Assembly (NCBI GenBank): GCA_964016885.1
Contig: OZ024741.1
Location: 304,358,001-304,422,000, forward strand
Length of the DNA: 64,000 bases
Source of the DNA: Eledone cirrhosa
Lineage: Eukaryota
Direction of reading: 5' to 3'
Below are positions 55,130-64,000 of this stretch, piece after piece. The notes beneath the pieces were generated by a model. It saw only the letters and a list, made by a program, of their open reading frames with translations, did no database searches and was not told where the DNA came from. Every line of letters starts with the position of its first letter. Positions within the stretch are counted from its first letter, which is position 1. The position numbers and the translations under genes were made by a program.

Positions 55130-55951
55130 AAGGTCTCGCCAGTGTTCATTTATCCGTTCCCCTACACTACGAGCTGTCTCACCTATGTACACTATATTTT
55201 TGTCTCTACATTGTCCTTCAGTACATCTTATGCTATACACTACCTTTCTAGTTTTACAGTTAATATGGGGGCTTATTTTACAGGTTACACATTTCTTATC
55301 TATACATGAGGGTCTTTGAAAAGGGTATGTCTTGCTAATAAGTGTTTTTATAGAGGTACCTGGTCTTTCTACTATCTTAATATTGAGTTTATGTTTATTT
55401 AGGGCCCTTCTAAATTTGTAAGCTAGTTCACCTCTAGGGGTTGTATCGATGAACATTACACTCTGGTATTTATTGCTATCATACCATGAGTTTATTCTAT
55501 TAGCCTTGTTCCTAGTTCTTTCTATTCTATTCCAAAATTTGCTCCTATACAAGGGGCAGGTCCCATTTATGTCATTATTTACCATTTTTTCCCATTTGGT
55601 TCTGGCTCCTCTATACACTCTGATTCTATCTCTCTGATTGTAGCCAGAGAACTGCATACGGTGGATGAAGTGTTGTATGTGTCTTTCTAGTTCTTCGGGG
55701 TTGCACATGCGGGACACATTTCTCATCACCCGTACCAAATCCGCAATCAGTATGTTGATTTTGGTATGGTCCGAAATGGCCGAGTTTCGGTGGATCAGAT
55801 GTTTGGAAGTCATGGGTTTGGCATAATGGGAATGGAGGATCCACCGAAACTCAGCCATTTCGGACCAGACTGAGCACACAACACACACACAGAAACAAAA
55901 TGGCGTAGGACAGAACAAAGGAGAGGCACAGAAACAAAGAAAGGAATCCCC

Positions 55952-55996
55952 AGTCACTGAAGAGGTCACAGAGTGTGTGACGAAAGAACTATGACT
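55952..55996 (+). ncRNA. Minimal hammerhead motif in Penelope pLTR
   Basis: agtca CTGAAGA g gtcaca-gagtg-tgtgac GAAA gaac TA tgact. Confidence 0.7.
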
Positions 55997-56261
55997 ATAT
56001 ATAAACAACTATCTGGTTGTGGAACCAACCAACCAACCAGAAATTTATAAATTTATAAATTTGTAAATTTATAAATATATAATAAATTGAAGTGAAAGCA
56101 ACTGGTGCGTGTGTTTCTTATTGGCAACATGACCCTCCCAAAGTATAACAATATCGGTTTCAACACACGATTTCAGATAAAGAATCTTGCTAAACAAATT
56201 CAGAAACGAAATATATATATATATATATACATACATACATATACATATGTTTATGTGTATT

Positions 56262-56718
56262 TACTGTTGATCACAAAAGATTTCTCCCTATGTACAAAAA
56301 GATGACTGTATGCTACCTGTGTGCAAAGTGCGATGCTGCATGGTAGCGAAACATGGGTTGTGACTGGAGAGAAATGAAGCAACCGTGTTCTGTTGGATGT
56401 ATAATGTAAGTGTGAGAGAAATGCAGAACTTAGATGAACTGAAGGAAAAACTGAGTTTAAGAGGAATCCGATGTGGTATGCAGGAGAGAAGATTGTATTG
56501 GTATGGACATATAATGCACTTGGACAATGATCATTGGGTGAACAAGTGCCAGGAAATGCCAGTGGAAGGAAGCTGCAGTTGAGGAAGACCAAGAAAGTCC
56601 TGGGCAGAGGTTGTGAGAGCTGACAAAGGATTGTGATGAGTGAGAGATGCTGTGCTGAGAAGGACCCATCCAACCCATGCAAGCGTGGAAAAACGGAAAT
56701 AAAAACGATAATGATGAT
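56262..56718 (+). mobile_element. RTE-clade LINE 3' fragment, degenerate
   Basis: [20 protein letters not shown]; tail cccatgcaagcgtggaaaaacgg. Confidence 0.8.
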
Positions 56719-57510
56719 AATATATGTCTGTGTGTGTGTGTGTGTATCAAAATCTCTCTACATATACTGACCTCTAAATAATACGATGTTCAGTTTTTCT
56801 TTCTCTCAGGTTGGTACCACTAGTCTGGAGAAACTGGCCAACTTGGGGTTATTTGAGATAAGATTTTCTTAAAGTCATTTGGCTCTTGTTTCTCAGAAGA
56901 AAAAGACATCACTTCAAGCTGCTCAAGCAAGTAGATTGATGTAGTGCTTAGCCATAAAATTTCAGCCCTTTTGACAGTGTTGGCTATTCGATAAAGGTTA
57001 GTTCAATACATCTTGTCAGACTACTATTGCATTCATGTAATCCAAGCACACAAACACAACACACAATTCATTCAGTTCCTTGTTTTCCTGTATCGTCAAC
57101 AATAGCTTCAATGTAAGTTATTTTCTTAATAAAAATTATTATTGTAGTGATATTTATTATCGTAGTGATATTTGTTATTGTTCATTGGATATTGTTAATG
57201 GCAGCTTTACTTTCAATCTTCGACTTTCATCTACTGACTATGGCAACGAATACAGCCACACATCTTGACTCACTGAGACACACATACTCACTTCATTTAC
57301 CATAAGTCACAAACATTCCCACAGTGCTTATATGAGAAAGAGAGAGCAATTCATGGAATCACCCATCAAGCCAACATTACTACTACAACATCTGACATGT
57401 CAAATGAACAATAATACCAAACACAAACCTTCTCTCACTGCATCAAAATATACAAACATCTCTCTCTCTCCCTCTTTCTCCCTCTCTCTCTATATATATC
57501 TATATATATA

Positions 57511-58390
57511 CAGGGTGCGGACGATATTTGTTCACAATTTTCAACTGTTAATTTTATGCAAATTTTTTTTACTTCCGTTGTCACTCTTGTCTTCATAAAA
57601 ACAGTGACTATATTTCCATTATTTATTTTCAGAATAATTGATTATGAATAATTTTGAACCTCCAAATTTGTGGAAGAGACACAGAGTTCTTGGAATCTGC
57701 GCCGGGAGAACAAATAAGACCAGAAGATCAACTCCCAGAGCAACAGGTGGCTTGCTGTCTCATCCAAAGACGTGCCCAGAGTCATGCAGACAAAGTTTCC
57801 AGCGACAACATTGGTCTTAGGAGTCGTCAGCAGTCAAGGTGACGTCATGCCACCTCACTTCTTCCATGAGGGCCTCAAGCTGAACACCGATGGCTACATC
57901 TGTGTTCTGAGCGAAGTAGTAAAGCCCTGGATCGACCAGGTAAGCCGTACGTGTGACAGCAAGACTCAGCGCCCTGCCATACCAGCCGAAAGACCCGAGC
58001 CTGGCTGTCAGAGAACTTCGTCGACCACACTTCACCTGACATCTGGCCTCCCAGCTCGCCTGACTGCAACCCCCTCGACTTCTTTGTGTGGAGCACAGTG
58101 GAACGCGACACCAACAGATCTAGCTGCAATATGAAAGACGATCTGAAGGCCAGGATCACAAAATGCCTTTAGGGGCCTAAGTCGGGGGACAGTGACGAAG
58201 GCCTGTAGCCGGTTTCGAGGCCGCCTTGAGGCCGTCCTCAAAGCCGATGGCAGGGTTCTCGAGTGAGATCGAAAGAACAAGTCATGAAGACAAACTGACC
58301 CAAGTTTCATAAATATATCTTAAAAAATAAAACTACTGTGTTATTTTTTCATAGACAGTAATCTTGCGAACAGATATCGTCCGCACCCTG
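57511..58390 (+). mobile_element. Tc1/mariner-superfamily transposon, maT (DD37D) type, internally deleted
   Basis: 27-bp TIRs cagggtgcggacgatatYtgttcRcaa (2 mismatches); TA on the left, CA on the right. Transposase remnant QQDSAPCH...WPPSSPDCNPLDFFVW has 37 residues between the last two catalytic Asp. Confidence 0.88.
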
Positions 58391-58405
58391 CATATATATA
58401 TATAT

Positions 58406-58691
58406 GTAAGTTTATCCCAGGTTCAATCGGGAGTAACCACAGTAAGTAAGGTACTCAATATAAAGCAGAGTATAAATATTTAATATAGAAAAGGCTTCTA
58501 CAGGACTAGAACTGTTTCATTCGGGAGAAATCATCAGGAAGCCGACTGTTCAAGTAATATTTTGGTATTTATATCTTTTCCTACCACCAGAAAAGATATA
58601 AATACCACCATATTAGTTGGACAGTCAGCTTCCTGATGATTTCTCCCGAATGAAACAGTTCTAGTCCTGTAGAAAAGCCTTTTCTATATTA
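58406..58691. mobile_element. Small palindromic element with two divergent hammerhead motifs (58493-58543 minus, 58628-58678 plus)
   Basis: Arms ~58481-58580 and 58590-58691; motif gcttc CTGATGA tttc-tccc-gaat GAAA cag-ttctagtc-ctg TA gaagc; flanked by (TA)n. Confidence 0.75.
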
Positions 58692-58799
58692 TATATATAT
58701 GTATGTGTGTGTGTGTGTGTGTGTAAACTGTTGACTTAAGAAACATTGGGAAAATAGGAAATTTGAAATGTTTGCATCCCGATGTAAATGACCATAATA

Positions 58800-58915
58800 A
58801 TTGTTTCTACTTTTGGCACAAGGCCAGCAATTACCCAGTGCATTACTGGTACTTTATTTTATCGACCCCGGAAGGATGAAAGGCAAAGTTAACCTCGGCG
58901 GGATTTGAACTCAGA
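58800..58915 (-). mobile_element. tRNA-derived SINE (second family), partial
   Basis: ggcacaaggcc...ctggtactttattttatcgaccccggaaggatgaaaggcaaagtt...gggatttgaactcag. Confidence 0.7.
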
Positions 58916-59562
58916 TCATACAGATCATAATAATAATAATAATATTTGATTATTATAATTAATACTATAAATACAACAAAAGATACCCAGTCCACCCCAT
59001 AATGTGGTCATGCTGGGGACACAACAAAAACCACCCAGTCCAGATGATTGTTTTGGGGCCACGATAAAAAGCATTCAATCCACACTGTAATGCGGTTGGT
59101 GTTAAGAAGGGCATCCAACCATAGAAACCAAGCCAGTTACAGATGTGGTCTCCTGACCTGACTTTTCTCATAATGTGACCACCCGTCTAACCTATTTAAG
59201 TGTGGAAAATTGACGTTAAATGATGATGATAAAATAATAGTTGAGAAACTCAGACAAAGCACCCTTAGAGACAGTAAAAGTGGGTGGAGTTGTCTGCAAG
59301 GAATCAAACCCCGTAACTCTCAGGGCCAGGCAAGTGTATTAACCACTATGCTAATAAGTCTCTGGTCACCAATTCTGTTCATTTAGAAGATTTTAAACAT
59401 GGAAAATAGACGTAAAACAGTGATGGTGGTTATAAATCCAACTCATTGCAATCATCTCATTTAGGAATAGAGATTTTGTTTGTAAAATTTCTTGTATTAT
59501 ATTTATGTTTATTATATAAACAAAAAGCAAAAGAAATTCTCAAGCTATGATTTTAACTTATA

Positions 59563-59611
<49 letters not shown>

Positions 59612-59613
<2 letters not shown>

Positions 59614-59880
59614 GTGGGAGGTGAAAAGGATTTGGAACTGCCATGAAGTCAAAGTGATCCCGATTGTCATAGGCGCACTGGGGACTATCTCCAAAGGTTT
59701 CCAGGGATGGTTAAAGAAAATCGGCCCCTTCATGCTTTTTGGAACGCTTCAAAAGGCATGTTTGCTTGGAACAGCAAGAACCCTCCGATACGTCCTGAAT
59801 AGCTGAGGCTGCAGGTAGTGGCTTGATATTCAATCCAACGGACTTTCCAGTTAACCAACATCAATGACTGAGATTCAAGG
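59612..59880 (+). mobile_element. R4/Dong-type 3' fragment within (TAA)n
   Basis: Near-identical to 28323-28592; (AAT)n on both sides. Confidence 0.8.
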
Positions 59881-59919
59881 AATAACAATAACAATAATAA
59901 TGTAATAATAATAATAATG

Positions 59920-62011
59920 TGTAAATGAGGCTCATATGGCTGTAAGGATCAGCTTTTGGTTAACAAAATGATACTGGAAGATTGTCATAATAGACACAAA
60001 AATCTATCAATTGCTTGGATACAAAAGCATTCGATAGTTTGCCACACAGTTGGATTGAAAAATGTTTAGAGATTTTCAAAATATCTCCCGTTGTCAGGAG
60101 GTTCCTGTCATTCAGTATGAAGACATGGAAAATGACACTCCTTTTGAATAGTGAAAAAAAATCACTGGAAGCTGGAGAAGTTAATATTAATTGTGAAATT
60201 TTTCAGGGTGACTCTTTATCACTGCTTTTATTTTGCATCGCACTTATACCATTAAGTAAAATGCTCAATGAAACAAAACATGGATATAAAGTCTATGACA
60301 AAACCATTAATCACTTATTCTACATGGATGACCTGAAACTATTTGCAAAAAATGATGAACAATTGCAAGGGCTATTATCCACTGTGGAGCAGTTCAGTGA
60401 TGACATTAAAATGGAGTTTGGACTAGATAAATGCGCCAAAGCAACGTTCACCAGAGTAAAGCTGCTGAAAAGTTCAGACATTAATCTTGATCAGGGGAAT
60501 GTGATAAGAGAACTTGATCAAGAGGAAACTTACAAATATCTAGGTGTTTGTGAAGGAGACGGAATCAAGCACTCGACAATGAGGGAAAGGATAAGGAAGG
60601 AATGTTACCGAAGAGTAAGAGCAATCTTAAGAACGGAATTGAATGCAATAGGATCGATGCCATAAACACACTTGCCATACCAGTAGTAACGTACAGTTAC
60701 AATGTCATCAACTGGTCAAGCACAGAGATCCGTAGGCTCGATACAAAAATTAGAAAATTCTTAACCATGCACAGAATGCATCACCCTAAGGCAGATACAG
60801 ATAGAATATATCTCCCTAGGAAAGAAGGGGGACGTGGGGTAATCCAGTTAGATATTGCTTTGAAAACTGCAACAATTGGATTATCTACATATCTAAGGGA
60901 ATCACATGATTGGATGATCAAACTCGTTTTGAAACATGAAAGCATCAAAAGATCATACTCCATTACAAAAGATGCACAAAGATACAGTAATGGACTACAA
61001 ATTTCAGAAGTCCCATTTACTGCTGAAATGGAAAACACAGAAAAAGAAAAGCAGGTAAAAGTAACTGCAAAGAAAGAACTGATACAGAAACTGGCTGAGA
61101 AATGGCAAGAAAAGCCTCTGTATGGAAAATACCCAGAAAGAGCTAACAATCCTGATGTTGACAAAACTTTAACCCATCAGTGGTTGGCATCCTCTGGACT
61201 GAAATCGGAGACTGAAGGACTGATTATATCAGCACAAGATCAGTGTCTGCCAACAAAAAATTATCAAGCCAACATAATAAAAAATGGATGCAACCCATTA
61301 TGCCGTGTATGTAAAAAACAACCAGAGACCATTGATCATATAATTTCAATGTGCAATCCTATAGCTCCAACCGAATACCTAAACAGGCATGACAGAGCTG
61401 CACAATACATACATTGGATAATGTGTAAGCATTTTGACCTGCCCCATCAAAAGAATTGGTGGGAGCATCAACCGCCTCCCATACTTGAAAAAGATCACAT
61501 CTCAATCTTGTGGAACTTTAGCATCCAAACAGACCGAAAAATAGATGCAAATAGACCTGATATAATACTGAAGGACTTTAAAAAGATGGTATGCCTGCTA
61601 ATTGATATGTCCGTTCCAATAGACAAGAATGTATCTATAAAAACATTTGAAAAATTGAGCAAGTATAAGAACCTGGAGATAGAATTTGGAAAAAATGTGG
61701 AAATTGAGAACTAAAACAATACCAGTGGTTGTAGGTGCTCTGGGAATGATACCTAAGGGTTCTAATGATTACTTATCGCAAATCCCAGGAAACCCGCGTA
61801 TAGGAGAAATACAAAAGATAGTACTAATGGGAACTGCCCATATACTAAGGAAGATTCTGTCAATATAAGTACATCACAAGTCTAAACACTAAAGATGCAT
61901 GTGTGAGTATGTATGTTCTTTCTTGAACCTGGCGGACCTTGTTGACTCTTGAGGTCACTGGTTGTGACTTGGTGATAACTCGTATGAACATAAAGCAAGA
62001 TAAATACAACT

Positions 62012-62012
<1 letters not shown>
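59920..62012 (+). mobile_element. R4/Dong-clade RLE non-LTR retrotransposon, 5'-truncated and frameshifted
   Basis: RT motifs KAFDS, IFQGDSLS, HLFYMDDLKL, YKYLG; CCHC CRVC...ETIDHIISMC; RHD; RPDI...IDMS...KY (restriction-like endonuclease); ends in (TAA)n. Confidence 0.88.
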
Positions 62013-62039
<27 letters not shown>

Positions 62040-62045
<6 letters not shown>

Positions 62046-62657
62046 AATTATTGTGTACAGTGCTCAGGTGCACTACAACTCATCAAAGGTGTATGTATAG
62101 TACATAGAATAATTTATAAATGTCAGGAAAATGAACAGTGTACGAGTCATGAAATACATGTGTGCGTGTGTATGAAGGGGGGACATCAGACATAATGTTG
62201 GCGAATCTCAGGAAGTATGGAGGTTTTAAAGGATGCAGTGTCTTGACAGCTAACAACTGATTCAGGTAGTTTGTTCCATGCTTCAGCAACTCTCAGCGTG
62301 AAAAACTGTTTCCGAAAGTCATGGGAGCTGTGCTGTTTTCTGACTTTGTGGGCATGCCCACGTGTGTTAGACACATGGAAATCAAAAAGGTACTCAGGGT
62401 TGTTGTTGGCAAGATGGTTAATAATTTTGTGGGTGTTTACCAAGTCAGTTGCCCTTTCGTTGGAGCTTCAAGTATCCATGCCCAGGGAAGCAAGGCGTTC
62501 AGAGTATGGTAGAGGCCTGATCGAGGGTATTCGTTTGGTTGCTCGTCTCTGAACAGTTTCCAGGCAGTCAATATTCTGAGCAAGATAGGGGTTCCAGACT
62601 GGTGATGCAAATTCTAAGTGTGGCTGCACCATAGCTATATACAGCTTTAAATAGATA
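62040..62657 (-). mobile_element. CR1-group LINE 3' fragment (same family as 53344-55129)
   Basis: Colinear with 53360-53930; shares the (AAT)n with the Dong element, tail to tail. Confidence 0.85.
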
Positions 62658-64000
62658 TGTTTCTTTATTAGCCACAGGGGCACAAAAGAAGGGGACAGAT
62701 ACAAAGGGGGAAGTTTACATACAATAAAAACGTGTAAAATATTATCACAAATGTAATTTAAAAATTAGTCGATTTTCCCCAATAGGGGGAGAAATTTCAT
62801 ATGAGTAACGCATACCCCCGAAAAAATGTGCAACCCTCATCTTCAGGAGTACGAAGAGTTTGTACTCCTTTCCTCTCCTCCTCTTTTTTCTCAACCTACA
62901 GGCTGATATAGAGAGAAGGCCCATTCACTCGGGCCATTAACGCCACTTTCACCCACCTTTCATAAAACTTGCTGGGGTACAGCACCTCTCTCTCCATCCT
63001 GATTCTTCTTCCAAAGTGGTATTTGAAAAAAAGAATCAGTTGTTGGCCGGAGAGAAAGGTGTCTGACCTCAGCCCTTTCAACCTTGTCCACCATACAACC
63101 TCTTTCGCCATAGCTATCACACAAAGGAAAACCACCTCTCCTTCGTTTTTGAAGGAGGGTGGCGGTTTGATCATGATAATGGACTCGGTGGTCAACCGGA
63201 TTGGTCCCACCCGCGACAATAGTCGTTCTACATAGCCCCACAGGTTGGTGACGCCCGGGCAGGGTATGAATGCATGCGTGACGGTTTCTTTGTCTCGCAC
63301 GCACCTCGGACAGATCTTTTTGCAGGGTCCCTGCCCGGGCGCCCATGTCTGTAGAGCTTGTCTCGAACTGGTAGAGCTCCTCGGTAGCACTGCCAGGCCA
63401 GGGACTTTTGGAAGTTGTCCATCGGTCCTGGGCGGAAGGTCCTACCGAACAGACTGGCCAGTTCGTCTTCATCTACGCCCAGAGCTTTGCCGAGCACGTC
63501 ATCGCACTTGCTGCGGATCAACCCTCTATAGAATGACGAAGTGGAGTCTCCACTGATCGCCGGGTTCGCCTGCCAGAGGGCTGTGAGCGCCTGAGCACAT
63601 TCGATGTGCCAGTCGCCCATTTTCCTCGGTCTTTGCTTGACCCAGCACTGCAGCTCGGTCAGCGAGACGAATCATGGGAAGGCTCGCCTCATGAACGGGG
63701 CCCACACCGGTTGTCCGGTGAGGAATACGTAGAGATGCCGCAGCCTGAGCGCGTGTTTGCGCATCGTCAGCCACGGCATCCCCAGCCCTCCATTGGAAGG
63801 GCGTTGGCAGCAGATGGATCTTCTCACCAAAGGAGCCCGCCTCTTCCAAAGGAATTGGAAGAGCACATGCTCCATTTTGGCGAGCGTTTTGGCTGGACAA
63901 GGCACGACGGTCAAGCGGTAGTAGATGGCGGACGCTATAAAAGTGTTCGCCACCTCCGCTCGACCTTTCAAGGATAGTTTGCACTCAGCCCACTTCTGGG
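62658..64000 (-). mobile_element. Tx1/L1-type retrotransposon, diverged subfamily, 3' part (continues beyond window)
   Basis: KGRAEVAN...YYRLTVVPC...GGLGMPWL...MDNFQKSLAWQCYRGALPVR...CPRC; frameshifts; 3' end tttctttattagccac. Confidence 0.88.

Larger units (their letters stand above)
52744..56212 (-). mobile_element. Penelope-like element (RT thumb + GIY-YIG) with inverted pLTRs, interrupted by CR1
   Basis: ORF 55091-56008 contains HYAKP...SGY...CVTC...C...VVYSIRC...YIGETARS. The GIY-YIG frame resumes at ~53340-53160. 52744-53025 and 55867-56152 are inverted repeats, and the right arm has a 60-bp tail. Confidence 0.9.

Noticed and set aside
55091-56008. 305-aa ORF as an intact gene
   Set aside because: It is chimeric: the N-terminus is read from the inverted pLTR and fold-back insert, the middle is Penelope, and the C-terminus runs into CR1.

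Overview
AT-rich animal genomic DNA made almost entirely of repeats. The SINE families and long (TA)n-derived arrays suggest a cephalopod (Octopus-like), but this is inference. No host protein-coding gene can be supported. Main contents: (1) about 7 kb of compound (TA)n/TTCATAC microsatellite (361-10480). It contains a near-identical 310-bp tandem array (2146-4637) whose units carry a type I hammerhead ribozyme (7 intact copies, 1 deleted), i.e. a retrozyme-like element. The array switches strand at ~3048 and forms a ~0.9-kb-arm palindrome. (2) Two further hammerhead families: one in the pseudo-LTR of GIY-YIG Penelope-like elements (21.3-22.1 kb, 52.7-56.2 kb), one in tiny non-coding fold-back elements (22.5 kb, 58.4-58.7 kb). 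All hammerhead-bearing insertions share a divergent, 3'-ends-outward inverted layout inside microsatellites, suggesting one Penelope-driven mobilisation system. (3) A head-to-tail array of Tx1/L1-type retrotransposons (28.8-45.3 kb), one with an intact 1139-aa ORF2. The copies have very similar ORF2s but different ORF1/5'UTRs, and a possible short intron could fuse ORF1 to ORF2. (4) Decayed Ty3/Gypsy, CR1, RTE and R4/Dong elements, a maT (DD37D) transposon, non-autonomous Helitrons, MITE-like inverted repeats and tRNA-derived SINEs. Repeat boundaries were read by eye and are approximate unless exact motifs are quoted.
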